Below are positions 1 to 12,699 of a DNA stretch of 64,000 nt, piece after piece. Position numbers and translations under genes: made by a program. This DNA comes from Ginglymostoma cirratum. Taxonomy: Eukaryota. The notes beneath the pieces were generated by a model that had not been told where the DNA came from, ran no database searches, and worked only from the letters and a program-made list of their open reading frames with translations. Every line of letters begins with the position of its first letter. Positions within the stretch are counted from its first letter, which is position 1. The stretch spans positions 4,431,782 to 4,495,781 of the forward strand of contig JAHRHZ010000013.1 in assembly GCA_024137785.1 (NCBI GenBank). The letters run 5' to 3'.

Positions 1-245
1 ATGGAGCCAGTAAAGGTGAGTGTAGGTGGGGGGGGGGTAGGGAGGAGATAGGTCAGTCTAGGGAGGACGGACAGGTCAAGGGGGCGGGATGATGTTAGTA
101 GATAGGAGATGGGGGTGGGGCTTGAGGTGGGAGGAGGGGATAGGTGAGAGGAAAAACAGATTAGGGAGGTGGAGATGAGCTGGGCTGGTTTTGGGATGCG
201 GTTGGGGGAGGGGAGATTTTGAAGCTTGTGAAATCCACATTGATA
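1..245 (-). mobile_element. Inverted copy of the 3' part of the same PLE
   Basis: gtgaaatccacattgata ending at 245 is the reverse complement of tatcaatgtggatttcac (~1005-1022); 1-245 mirrors ~1005-1190. Confidence 0.85.
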
Positions 246-1430
246 TCCACGCCGCATCTGCTCCCAGGATGAGACATTCCACTCCCGCACATCTCAGATG
301 TCCTCATTCTTCAAGGACCGCAACTTCCCCCCCACAGTGGTCAAGAACGCCCTCGACCGTGTCTCCCGCATTTCCCGTAACACATCCCTCACGCCCCGTC
401 CCCGCAATAATAACCAAAAAAGAATCCCCCTCGTCCTCACGTACCACCCCACCAACCTCTGGATCCAACGCATCATCCTCCGACACTTCCGCCATCTGCA
501 ATCAGACCCCACCACCAAAGACATTTTTCCCTCTCCACCCTTATCTGCCTTCCGGAGGGACCACTCCCTCCGCGACTCCCTTGTCCGCTCCACACTCCCC
601 TCCAGCCCCACCACACCCGGCACTTTTCCCTGCAACCGCAGGAAGTGCTACACCTGCCCCCACACCTCCTCCCTCACCCCAATCCCAGGCCCCAAGAAGA
701 CTTTCCACATCAGGCAGATGTTCACCTGCACATCTGCCAATATGGTATACTGCATCCGCTGTACCCGTTATGGCTTCCTCTACATCGGGGAAACCAAGTG
801 GAGGCTTGGGGACCGCTTTGCAGAACACCTGCACTCAGTTCGCAACAAACAACTGCACCTCCCAGTCGCGAACCATTTCAACTCCCCCTCCCATTCCTCA
901 GACGACATGTCTATCCTGGGCCTCCTGCAATGCCACAGTGATGCCACCCGAAGGCTGCAGGAACAGCAAATCATATTCAGCCTGGGAACCCTGCAGCCCA
1001 ATGGTATCAATGTGGATTTCACAAGCTTCAAAACCTCCCCTCCCCCAACCGCATCCCAAAACCAGCCCAGCTCATCTCCNNNNNNNNNNNNNNNNNNNNN
1101 NNNNNNNNNNNNNNNNNNNNNNNNNNNNNNNNNNNNNNNNNNNNNNNNNNNNNNNNNNNNNNNNNNNNNNNNNNNNNNNGGCTCCATCCCCGCCTCTTCG
1201 ACTTGTCTGCCTCCTCTCCACCTATCCTCTCCTCTATCCATCCTCTATCCGCCTCCCCCTCTTTCCCTATTTATTTCAGAACCCTCTTCCCCTCCCCCAT
1301 TTCTGATGAAGGGTCTAGGCCCGAAACGTCAAGTTCTCCTGCTCCTATGATGCTGCTTGGCCTGTTGTGTTCATCCAGCCCCACGCCTTGTTATCTCAGA
1401 TTCTCCAGCATCTGCAGTACCTTTTGTCTC
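246..1430 (+). mobile_element. Penelope-like retroelement (Neptune-type), 5'-truncated: RT C-terminus, Cys linker, GIY-YIG endonuclease, 3' terminal repeat
   Basis: ORF 298..1350 has RIPLVLTYHP (PLE RT C-terminal region), PCNRRKCYTC (Cx4CxxC linker typical of Neptune PLEs) and VYCIRC..LYIGETKWRLGDRFAEH (GIY-YIG). Followed by a C-rich tract and a hammerhead-containing terminal repeat. Spans the N gap. Confidence 0.92.
1303..1330 (+). ncRNA. Minimal type I hammerhead-ribozyme-like motif in the PLE terminal repeat
   Basis: CTGATGA-A-GGGTCTAGGCCC-GAAAC-GTC: conserved core boxes, GGG/CCC helix II, palindromic ACGT helix III. Confidence 0.75.
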
Positions 1431-1431
1431 C

Positions 1432-1543
1432 AGACCCGAAGTGTCGGCTTTCCTGCTCCTCTGATGCTGCCTGGCCTGCTGTGTTCATCCAATCCCACAC
1501 CTTGTTATCTCATCCTCCAACATCGGCAGTTCCTACTATCTCT
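1432..1543 (+). repeat. Second, partial and more diverged PLE terminal-repeat unit
   Basis: gacccgaagtgtcggctttcctgctcctctgatgctgc...gcagttcctactatctc repeats the preceding unit without the CTGA box. Confidence 0.8.
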
Positions 1544-1549
1544 GTGTGG

Positions 1550-2600
1550 ATGTACAGGCTTCCTTCACTGTGCTGTTGATATGCCACACACATTCAGGAA
1601 TTATTGAATATCCTGATTCATTCCTGGCCAATACACTTGATGCATTACTTGAGGACGGGCCCAAGTCGAAACTAAAGTGGCAGGTCACCAACAATTGCAC
1701 GCTTTCGGTGCAAACAACATCAATTATGCGATAAGTAAGGCATGCAATTTTTCTTGAAATTTGTAATATATGTGGCACCAAATGTCGTTGAACATGCATA
1801 TACAGGAAATCTGGTTCCGAAACCTAAGCTACATGTCAAAACAAATGACTGGAACCAGCAAGATGACAAAACACAACGCCACTCGCTTCAAGAAAAATGT
1901 TAATATGATGCACAAACATATCAATAAGGCTCAGAGTCAATCAAGTGAAAAGCAAATTTCAGAACATGACCAGGTTTTCAATGGTGTCAACTTTGCACAT
2001 CATGTTGATGGTATAAGGTGATCAGGAACACTTTCAACCATTTAACATTATGTGTCCTGAAAAGGCAGAATGACCGCACAAACTAAGAGCTAAAATTGAC
2101 ATAGGTTAGTACTAACATATTACTGCTACATATCCTGAAAACTATGCATCTTGGCAAGTGGTGATTCACAGTACTGCCTACAAGATAGCATCCTACAGCA
2201 TATGATGGCACATCATTTCCATGCATTAGCGGAATCCCAATGCAGTGCCAAAATGGAAGCTCATCGTGCCTCCCCAAAATCTTCAAGCTGGTCAGCACCA
2301 ACATCCAGCAGTGTCAGGACTATCAATATTCATAGACTTCAGTACGGTCACAATTCATGAGATTCAAACTATACCAACCGGGCCGGAACAGACCACATGT
2401 GATGTAATTGAATCAGTAAATGATTGGAAAAACCTCGAACTAGACAAGTTTGTTTTAATCAACTATTTTAAGGGTGATGCAGTATTGCAATTTAAGGATG
2501 TTATGTCATCATTTATTGATCCTCCAAGGAAGTTCAGTCTGCATATTCAGGAGAAGCTTTGAGTGGAACTGAGTGAAATCAAGTGAAATCTTATGATTTA
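1550..2600 (+). mobile_element. Decayed Gypsy-type LTR retrotransposon gag-protease-pol fragment
   Basis: Frameshifted protease motif LRAKIDIG/STNILLLHIL (~2082-2150), AYDGTSFPCISG (~2198-2235), and FKGDAVLQ..IDPPRKFSLHIQEKL, which resembles the pre-RT region of Gypsy pol. Confidence 0.65.
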
Positions 2601-4839
2601 ATAGGTTGATTGCCTCACAGTTTGATTAAGTTTCATCAAGTCCATTTTAAAAGAAGATAAGCCATAAGATGAGCCTCAGTCCAACAAAGCATACTGCCAT
2701 CCCAACCCTTAACCCTCCCCAAAAAGTTTTGCCATCTCTGCTTTCGCCTCCCACATCAATCTGTCACCAACCCTTCTATTCCCCCTCACTGCAGCATGTC
2801 AGCCTGGCCCTGATGATGACCTCCTCACTTACCTTTGAATTCCTTTGGTGGGTGCATGCAGCAGTAGCCACTTCTCCTGATGGTGCTGTGGGGACCAGTG
2901 AGCTGCTGGGAATTTGATTGGCGAGTAGCTTTCATAGGTATGACTTCCTTCTCAGATGGGGAGCAGAAAGACGATGAAGCAAGACCTGTAGATCCCAACC
3001 TAGAAAGCTGGAAGCAACAAATCTACATAATGGTGTTTGTATAAAATAGTTACTGAGGTTGGTGTCTGAGATTTACTGAAGATTGGACAGATGGAATTAT
3101 AATGAAGGATAAAAAAATGCCAAGATATTAAGCTACATAATTCTAGTGAGTGCAAGTGCAGCAAGATAAAACAGGTTAATGTGTGGCTGGGGAAATAATG
3201 CAAGAAAGAGTACTTCTGATTTCTTGATACTATGTTAGCCTAGATTGTGGATTGGTTTGTGATCAGAAAATAGAGCAGAAATAAGTGAAATGTGAAGATC
3301 GTGTACTAAATTGTAGTTAAGGCTGAAGATCAGCCCTGATCTTGTCGAACAGTGCAGCTAATTCGAAGAAATAGTGACCTTTCATATTTCCTGACTGCCT
3401 AGGTTTTATTCCTTCTCCATTCTTATACCTTTATCAATCCTTTTTCAATTGCTAAATACTATCCTGTCTTCTATGGAAGACCAATAATAATGTGCTATAT
3501 CACTGTAAATAAATCTGTTCATCAGTTTGGTGTATATTACCTAAACTTGCGACATCTACCATTTTTGTACTTAGAACTGTTCCATATTATACATGGTAAT
3601 CCAGAAAGGTTCCTTATCCTTCAATATCCCAAACTTTAAAATTATGTGCAATTTAGCCTTTTTTATTTTAAATAAGACAATCTAATCCTTCCAATGGTCC
3701 CACTATCCCTACTTCTGCAACCTGCTATAACCCTATATTTGTCCAAGGTTTATGTACTCTTGACTTCTTGGGCTTGCTATTTTTTCGTTATTTCACCATT
3801 GGCAGCTGGGTATTCAGCTTTCAAGGCCCTTGAATTTACCTTCAACCTCTTTGCTTCTCTGTCTCACCCCCTTAAAGCTAAAGAAACCTAATATTTTGAC
3901 TAACATTTTAGTCATATGTTCTAATTGTCCCTTCTGTTAATCAGTGACAAATTTATTTAGCTAACATGCTATATGACTATAAACAGTTGTACAGTGCCTT
4001 GCACTATATAGATACCTGTTGTTATTGTTGTAGTATACATGTTATGGTAGTGTCAATACCAGCTTTCTGAATATCTCCAAGTTTTTTTGTATTCAGCAGA
4101 ATGACTCAAGGGCTGATAGCTAAATGGGCATTGAAGCTTCTAAGGTCGATATAATGTTGCCTACCAACTACACTAATTTAAGATTTGGAAAGAATTTAAA
4201 TGGGAAATTTTATTTACAATATCCTTAAAGCATTCTTACATTAACAATGCTGTTTGACTTACAACATGGACATTTGAACCAACGATGTCATAACTAATTC
4301 CCTCTAGTATCCTAGGTGATCAAATCAATATCCCTTATTTTATGAATCTATACAAAAAAGACCTGTGTATCAACCTTAAATCCAGAGGTTTGCTGACCTG
4401 ACACATAGATTATAAAAGATTGCAATGATTCTATGTGTAGCAGTGCAGAACAGGGATAGCTGCAGTGCTACCCTCTAGAGTATTAGAAGCTAAATCCACT
4501 GCATAATAAAACAGCTCCTTCATATGGAAGGAAGTGTGGAATAAAATAGCCATTCAGCCCATCAAATTCATTTCCCCTGTAAACCATGTACATTTTAATC
4601 CTATTGTTTAATCCTTTCTTTCATGCATCCTTACATTATTAATGCTGCCTGGCTATCAACACAGATATTTGAACTAATAATGTCATAGCTAATTCATTCT
4701 AATGTCCTAGGCAATCAAATTAAATTCTTTGTATCTGTATAGGTACAGAAACAAATTTGCATAATTATTATATTTCATCTTGAGAAAAGGATATGGTAAG
4801 TTTCAAATGGGATGATAGCCAAACTGCAGTGCTTTCCCT

Positions 4840-4936
4840 TTTCTGAAGAAGGGTCTAAGCCCGAAACGTCAGCTTTCCTGCTCCTATGATGCTTCTTGGC
4901 CTGCTGTGTTCATCTAGCTCTACACCTTGTTATCTC
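4840..4936 (+). mobile_element. 97-bp hammerhead-bearing PLE-derived monomer with 9-bp TSD
   Basis: CTGAAGAAGGGTCTAAGCCCGAAACGTC at 4843-4870; GCTTTCCCT at 4831-4839 and 4937-4945. Confidence 0.85.
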
Positions 4937-5264
4937 GCTTTCCCTGAAGTTGTCTTGCTGCACTAAAGTACACATTCCAACCCTCCTTCAGTGGAATGCC
5001 CTGTAGTGATTTACTTTAACCTCTCTAATATGTCACAGGTATCCAGTAAAACATACAGCAGTTTCAATAGGTTTAAAACAGCATGAAGTAGACGCAATGA
5101 AAATTGGTAGCCAATTTCTCACCACTCCAGTTTTACTTTCCATTAACTTTGTACGGAAGTATGGTTAGCTCATATTTAACCAAATCTGCGCTGTAACTTG
5201 ACTAAATTTACTGTACCAGCATGCTTTGAGAAACTGAGTGCTGTTTTCCTGGCAAAATTCTCTA

Positions 5265-5800
5265 AGAATTAGAATTTAGAATTAGAATATCCTTTTTCAT
5301 GTGTACTCAAGTATGGGAGTACAGAAATATGGTGAAAAGTTTACAATGTTGCCCCATATGGCGCTATCTTAGGCACAAAGTACCTAGGTACAGATCTTAG
5401 ACACAAAACACAGAAATAAAGGGAAAAAGAAGGATAAAGTTACATACAGTTGTTCATAGTATGAGTTAGAAAAATAAGAATAAAATTAAAAAGACAAGCA
5501 TTACAGTCGTTCCATAAAAGCCTGCAGAAAGTCAGCACAGTGAGCTTCCACACATGGTTGGCCCAGGCTCGCAAGCCACTGATTGTCTGCACTGGTCCCC
5601 AGTCCAACAAGCATCCTGTTCCACTCCAGTCTCCAGCACGCTGGCTGTCCCTGCTCTGCGCTGGCCTGCAGCCCGGTCTACCACAGGAGAGAACACCAAG
5701 AGGGGAAAAAATGGGGGGGAAAAAGGAGAAGAAAATGGGAAATAAACAGAAAGAGTGGAGGACCTCCGGTTGGAGTGTCCTACTCTGTTGCCATCTTGAC
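5265..5800 (-). mobile_element. Non-autonomous non-LTR element with (TTCTAA)n-like tail, possibly Rex/Babar-related
   Basis: agaattagaatttagaattagaat tail at ~5265-5290; minus-strand 5' end caagatggc near 5797; no coding capacity. Confidence 0.4.
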
Positions 5801-6120
5801 TGGCAAGGTGGGTTTCTGTGGTTTTTAAACTATTCTTACCAATTTAAACACAGCTATTCCAGTAATCTGGATTTTTGAGCAATGTGAGCAACTGCCATTG
5901 TGTGTAGTAAATTACTAAATCAAGCTGATTAGAATGGGACCAGGTCACAGTTGGGAAAATAACATCTCAGGTGAGGCAAACAACTTCAAGGAATTCTGGA
6001 AGTCAAATCTTTGAACCATGTCAAAAGTGAGGAGCTTCTGCAAGCCTGCGAAGATGGCTTTGAGGCTCACTGGTGGAAAAGAAATACTAATAACGAATAA
6101 TTGTTACTGAAAGCAGGACA

Positions 6121-6352
6121 ATTTTCTGATGAAGGGTCTAGGCCCGAAACGTCACGTTTTCCTGCTCCTATGATGCTGCTTGACCTGCTGTGTTCATCCA
6201 GCCCCATGCTTGTTATCTCGGATTCTCCAGCATCTGCAGTACCTTTTATCTCTGATTTTCTGATGAAGGGTTTAGGCCCGAAACGTCAAGTTTTCCTGCT
6301 CCTATGATGCTGCTTGACCTGCTGTGTTCATCCAGCCCCATGCTTGTTATCT
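6121..6352 (+). mobile_element. Head-to-tail dimer of the hammerhead-bearing unit (period 134 bp)
   Basis: Cores at 6126-6153 and 6260-6287, both with CTGATGA and GAAACGTC. Confidence 0.88.
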
Positions 6353-7136
6353 AGGTGACTTACCTGTGAACTGCGCATTGATAAATTCCCTGATAATATG
6401 CGCTGAAAGCAGGAAATTGTGTAATATTGACTATGAATCTTGAATATCATTGAATAATTTCATACTTAGGACTTTGGTTGAAATAAATCACCTTTAAACA
6501 AACCAGGACACTTTTTTAAATTTAAAAATGGCTGCAGAAGCCATCTGTTCTTACAGCTGGCCAAGGTCCATTGACAATTATAAAATGAATGTCTAAGAAT
6601 TATTGTTAGGGAGCTGATTTGCATTAAGGTAATTCAAACTGAAAACAAGGCCTACACTTCTTGTCTGCAGGAATGACCAGAGGCTTAAAAAGTAGGCTGA
6701 GGATACCCCGATTAAATTTCGATGAAATCTTGGTAGTTTAGACATCGGAAGATCAAACCTCTTTAGTTAATATGAATTGCCTCCATTGTGTGCCAATAGC
6801 CAGGTGTCATAAGTCAAAGCTTCACCTAAAAAATATTAATGTTACAAACTTATGTTTGTTACCAGAGATTTGAGATATTGAGAAGGCCTGCATAATGGAA
6901 TAAGCAAAGCTCTTTCTCAAATTAGTCAACCTGAAACTCTACTTCCACTACAAGGAGGAATACATCACAGAGATAGAAATTTAAAAAAAAGCCACTTGAA
7001 GTGTGGTTCTGGGTAAAGGACTGGTTGCAGTTTAAAAAGAGTCTACTTCCAGAAGTATAATTGATTTATAGCAGTTAGTAGTTGTGTCATTTGTGTCAGA
7101 GAACCAAAGGAACATATGATTGTAAAGTTCTTTTAG

Positions 7137-7455
7137 TTCATAGAATCCCGACTATGGAACTGGCCATTCAGCCTAACGATCTACACTCACGCTCCAAAGA
7201 GCATCCTACCCAGACCCATTCCCCCTTACTTATCCCTGTAACCCTGCATTTCCCATGGCTAACCTACCTAATTTACATATCCCTGAACACTATGGGTAAT
7301 TTAGCATGGCCACTTCACATAACTTGCACATCCTTGGACTGTGGGAGGAAACTACAGCACGTGGCAGAAACCCACACAGACATTCACTGACGGTGAAATC
7401 AAACTCAGGTCCCTGGTGCTGTAAGGCAGCAGTGCTAACCACTGAGCCACTGCGT
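7137..7455 (-). mobile_element. HE1-type tRNA-derived SINE
   Basis: Reverse complement of the 7908-8198 family: tRNA-like head (gtggctcagtggttagcactgctgcc) and ggattctatg tail. Confidence 0.8.
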
Positions 7456-7907
7456 TATGGACTTCAGTTTTTTTTTCAACTCCACACACCCTAACCTCGT
7501 AACTTGTTTTGCGTATATGCGTGTCATAATAAAACAACCACTTGCTAACTTTAAGAGATCTGTCTGGCTTGTTTCTTCATCACTTTTCACACATTCCGTT
7601 GCAAATGGAATGAATAAAAGCATACCTTTTCAAAAATGCAAGTTCTGTTATACCAACATCGAGAGTGAAAACAGAAGAAGTTATTTCCCCCATCCAGACT
7701 TGGTCACTACTGTATTATTTCATTCAATATTAGAAAAGACTGGCAGGTCTCGCAGTATCTTTGCAGAGAGAAACTGAGTTAACCTTTCAGGCTTTTATTC
7801 AAAACCTTTCTAATGATGTTCTAATGAACGGTCTTGACCCGAAACATTAACTCTGAACTAGATCTTCCAGTCTCTCTACAGTCAGGCACCAGATGTGGTG
7901 TGGTTTG

Positions 7908-8198
7908 GGGCGGCACAGTGGCTCACTGGTTCGGACTGCTGCCTGACAGTGCCAGGGACCTGGATTCGATTCCATCCTTAGGCGACTGTCTGTGTGGAGT
8001 TTGCACATGCTCCTCGTGTCTGCGTGGGTTTCCTCCAGGTGCTCCAGTTTCCTCCCACAATCCAAAGATGTGTAGGCTAGGTGGATTGGCTATGCTATAT
8101 TGCCCATAGTGTCTGGGAATGGGTCAGGGTGGGATACTCTGAGGTTCAGTGTGGACTTGTTGGGCCAAAGGGCTTGTTTCCATATTGAGGGATTCTAT
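7908..8198 (+). mobile_element. HE1-type tRNA-derived SINE
   Basis: A-box-like tggctcactgg, B-box-like gattcgattcc, central gtgtggagtttgcac...ggtttcctcc domain, gggattctatg tail. Confidence 0.85.
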
Positions 8199-8439
8199 GT
8201 ACCCCACAAATTGTGTGTTGGTCCTCCTCATAAGTCACAACACATTAACCACGTAGGAATCACCAGGCATTTTAAACTTCAGTTGGATTCAGACCCTGTG
8301 ACTAGAACCCTCTAAACACATCTGCAACTTTATCTTTGTGTCATAGCATTTGGAGTCCGCTGATTCACTTACCTGTATAGTTATCAGCGATCATTAAAGG
8401 TCAAGTATTATAGACGCCCTTATGGAGGACAATTCGTGT

Positions 8440-10640
8440 CTTCAGATAACTGATGAGGCCAACCCTGGTTCCACAGATTCTAGTGCAGTGTGAGCATTGA
8501 TGTGTGTTAATGGTGTTTGGAGGTGGTGTTGGATGGGCCATCCTGACGTTCTATCTCTCCTTGCGCAAGTGTTGCTTCAGTTCAACTACGCAGGAAGATA
8601 ATTTTTGTGGTGTATAGCACCCCACTGGATAATGTTTCTCCAGTCCTCCCAGTTGTTGATATGGAATTTCTTGAGGTTGGTCTGGATGTTATCTTTGAAG
8701 CATTTCTTTCGGCTGCAGAGGCACGCTGACCATCCTTCTGCTGGGAGTACATGATTTCGGGAGGCATGAGTTGGGCATTTGGATAACATGGCCAGTCCAT
8801 CGGAATTGCTATTGAATTACGGTGGTGGTGATGCTAGCCATGTTGGCCTCCTCCAAGATGCTGGTGTTACTGCACTTGTTTTCCCAGGTGATCCGCAGGA
8901 TTTTTTGTACGGATCTCAGTGCTTTAAGGTGCCTTCTACGGGTCGTCCACATTTCAGCTCCATATAGCAGTGTGGGCTTCGTAGACCAGAGGTTTAGTCT
9001 AGGCCTGTAGATCATGGTCTTCAAACACCCTTTTTGCATCAGGCATAGGCTCCACTGGCACAGCTCAGATGGTATTGTATTTCTGCATCAATATTGGCCT
9101 TGGAGGAGAGAAGACTGCTGAGATATGGAAAGTGATCTACATTTTGAAGGGAATGGTTTTTGACTCTTATTGTAGGATGGGTGAAGGGACTATTGAATGG
9201 TCGTTGATAGCGTACTAGAGTCCTTTGTTTTATGTTAAAGGTAAGGCCTAGGAGCTTGTATGCTTTGGTAAACCATCCAAGATGCACTGCAGATCTTCTG
9301 CATTGTGCTGCAATGGTGTTGTTGTCAGAATATTGAAGCTCCAAGGTGGAAGTGGTGGACACCTTGCCCTTGGCCTTGAACCTTTTAAGGTTGAATAGCT
9401 TGTCATCCATATGGTAAATGATTTGAATTGCCTTGGGCAGTGAGGCCAGCGAGATGGAGGATGGTGAACAGGCTGGTTGCAATGATGCAGCCCTGATTGA
9501 CTCCTGTCAGCACAGTGAAAGGCTCAGTCTCCAATCCACAGTTGCTAAGCACTGTCACAGACATGTCATCACGCAGCAGCCTCAGTATCCTGATGAACTT
9601 ATCGGGGCAGCCGCATTGTGACAGTATCTGGAAGAGATCTTGGTGATTAATTGTGTCAAAGGTCTTAGTTAGGTTGATGAAGGCCATGTAAAGCAGTTGT
9701 TTCTGTTCCTGACATTTTTGTTGTAACTGACCTGCTGTAAAGATCATGTTTGTTGTTCCTCTGGATGGGCAGAAGCCACACTGCGACTCAGGGAGTATTT
9801 CTTCAGGTAACGGCAGAAGTCTCTTGGCAAGGACATGTGCAAATGCTTTGCCTGTGGTTGACATAAGGGAGATACCTCTAATTTCCAGTCACCCAGTCAC
9901 AAACAGACTATCTATGAGCTCTGAGGGGTGTTCTTCTTTGAACCAAATCTTCAAGAGCAAAGCATGTATGTGTTCATGGAGCTGTGAGCCATCCTCCTTT
10001 AGAAGCTCTTCAAGAATCCCTTCAGGACCAGAGCCCTGTTGTTTCTTAGTCTCCTTATTGCACCTTTTGGTCACACTGGGAGGTTCAATTTCCATGTCAC
10101 TCTCATCTACCCAGCCCTGATATTTTCTGGACTTATTGCAGGAACTGAGAATAGTTGGTTTAAGAAGATTCCAGTGTTTTCCTATGTCCACTGGGTAATC
10201 CCAATGTAAGTTTTTAGCAAGTGAGGCCTGTGGATGTTGCTTAGTGACCATATCATCCAGGCTCTCGATGTTGAATCTTTGCCAGGTCTGCTTCTTTTAA
10301 GCCCTTGTCTTTCTGTGTAATCTAATGGACATAGTGGAATGGATAAGGGAGTGATCAGTCTAGCACTCAGCTGAGCCAACCATAGCCCTGGTGACATTCA
10401 CGTCCTGATGATCCCTGGAGCGAAAAATGACATAATCAATGACACGCCATTGTTGAGCGTAGATGTCTCCAAATTGCTTGAATTTGTTTTTCTAATGGAA
10501 GTGTGTATTTGTGATGGTGAGCTTATACTCAGCACATTTTGTGAGAAGAAGGGCTCCATTAGAGTTGAAGTTGCCAATACCTTCCCTTCCTATGGTGCCA
10601 TTCCAAGGATTGTGGTCTCAACTAACACTGACATTTCTTT
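8440..10640 (-). mobile_element. Decayed RTE-clade LINE (APE C-terminus and RT)
   Basis: Minus-strand fragments IDYVIFRSRD..DVNVTRAM, KRLLPLPEEILPESQCGF..RGTTNMIF..QLQQKCQEQ..LYMAFINLTKTFD, LELQYSDN (degenerate YADD), VDHFPYLSS, PTLLYGAEMW; many stops and frameshifts. Confidence 0.9.
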
Positions 10641-12699
10641 TCCTGAGTCAGTTTTGTATCTAAGTTGTGACTGACCCTTTAATTCCATGATCCATAATTT
10701 TTCCCAAGTCTTTGTGTATCAGTGTATGTACTACTAATATGGATCAAAATATCCAGATTGAAAGAATTGGACCTCCGTACCTCTCTTTAATGCTAGAAAA
10801 TTGTGGAGTATTTCCAACATTTTCTGTTTTTACTTCACATTTCAAGTTTTCATAATATTTTTCCTTCAGACCATCAATCTTTGCCCTGAGTGGTCAGTCC
10901 CATGATAAGGCTAAAAATCCCTGTTAGACTAAGCAAAAACATTATTACATTTCTTACAACCTTCACAATGTTTAAAATGTTCATCATTTTGCAAAAAGGG
11001 AGTAACAATAAGAGTAGGAAATTAATCTTCATAAAAACTTTGAAATATCAAGCTGTGAATTTCACTGGATGTGGGGGACAAAAATAGACACCAATTATTA
11101 TCATTATTGTTTAAAGATATCAATGACTTTTAGATGTAATTCCTGGTTATTTCTATGAATAGCTAAATCCTAAAATGTCATCTTTTCTATATTATACTTC
11201 TATTTTTGAAGGACAACAAAATTATAGTTTCTGTTCACCCAGAATGTTTTCATAGCTCAATTTGGGAGGTGCATCTGTTAGCGGGTTTATTTGTTCATGC
11301 ATACATGGTTGTGGGGCATGAGGAGGGTTGGGGAAAGTGGGTGGATAGCAACTGGACAACAAAAACAGCGGAAGGTAAAGAAAGTCCAATGGGAAGGTAA
11401 GTCTGGCTGGAGAGATTGGTTGCACCATCATTGAATAAATTTAGGGCTAAACCTGATAGATTTTTGGTCTCTCAGGGATTTGTGGGATAAAGATCAGCCA
11501 TGATTGTAATGAATGATGGAAGAGGCTCAAGGAGCCATATAGTTTACTCCTGCCTCTATTTATTATGTTTTTTGTAATTCTGCACAAATTTATTTACTAA
11601 GAAATGGATTTTTTAAGAACAGATCCTGTGCCCCTTGCTAAGCATGTCTACTTTCTTATAATAATTCATACAAAGAGCAAATTATGGTCTGTAAACTAAA
11701 ACCATACTTAAATCTGGTTTGAACTGATCATTGATTATCTCCTTTCATTACTAGTTGTAAAGGTCACATATGAACTGAATTTATGCAGTCTTAACCCAAA
11801 TTAAGTGACCATAAATATGGCTGGTGTAAAGATTGGAACAAAATCCAAATGGTCCTCATCCGAGGTGAAGCACTATAGGACACTGCTGTGTCCAATGGAG
11901 AAAGCTTTAAATATTCTGTGTCACCATACGCAAGGTGATGATTCAGTGAAATAGGTCATTGGCCCTTCTCCTTGATCTTTTCAAATTGAGAAGTGGACAT
12001 TCTCTAGACAGCAAGTCTCAAAAATTAGACTTATTTGACTTTGCATCTGAAAATTACTGCACAAGCTTCTTATCAATGATTATTAGAAAGTAAAATACTG
12101 TATGTTTTTCTTAATTTTCACCAACTTTTCGTACTTCATTTTCAGGAATAGAAGCCCTGCCAGCATCACTAAGCACAGAAAGATAATTTGTTGGTTCTTT
12201 CTCTATTATAAAAAAAAAATAATGTTCACTAAAATTAGCAAACAAAGAAATGTAAGTTCTATTTTAAAATATGTTTGTGTAAACCCATGGTAATACTTTT
12301 AGTTTATAGCTTTTTTGAAGAAAGCACCAAAATCAATTCCACACATGACATTATGCACATTAGTCAGGCAATGTTTAAAAACAAAACACTTCAAGCTTTT
12401 ATTTATTTCCAGTGGTAAAAGCAAGATGGTTTACTTCAGTAAAGGCCTAATTTGCTTTTTGCACAAGAGGACAATACATGTCTTATTTGCTATTACTTCA
12501 CAGATGTAGAATAAGATATTTTATCTCATGTTATTGTTTTACACAAGTTGTGCAATTTTTTTTATTATTGTTCCCTCTAATCTGCTATATATCCATGGTC
12601 AGAGTTGTGTTAGAGCCCCCGGTGATCTATGAGCAGGAGATTTTCAATCTTGATGCACTAATGGAATATTTTTGATTCCTTACCAAACCCACAATCTTC

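Noticed and set aside
1080-1179. N runs (also 34326-34425)
   Set aside because: Fixed 100-N scaffold gaps; sequence on both sides of the second gap overlaps, so local copy number is unreliable.
191-1306. 371-aa Pro/Ser/Thr-rich ORF (and similar ORFs at 51649-52877, 33611-33934)
   Set aside because: Alternative frames of C-rich PLE sequence; the meaningful frame is 298..1350.
6121-6352. CRISPR-like array
   Set aside because: Whole 134-bp units repeat with no unique spacers; eukaryotic context and no cas genes.
7908-7985. tRNA genes at SINE heads
   Set aside because: A/B boxes continue into SINE bodies; no complete cloverleaf.
8450-8480. CTGATGAGGCC as another hammerhead at the RTE end
   Set aside because: No downstream GAAA box or closing helix.
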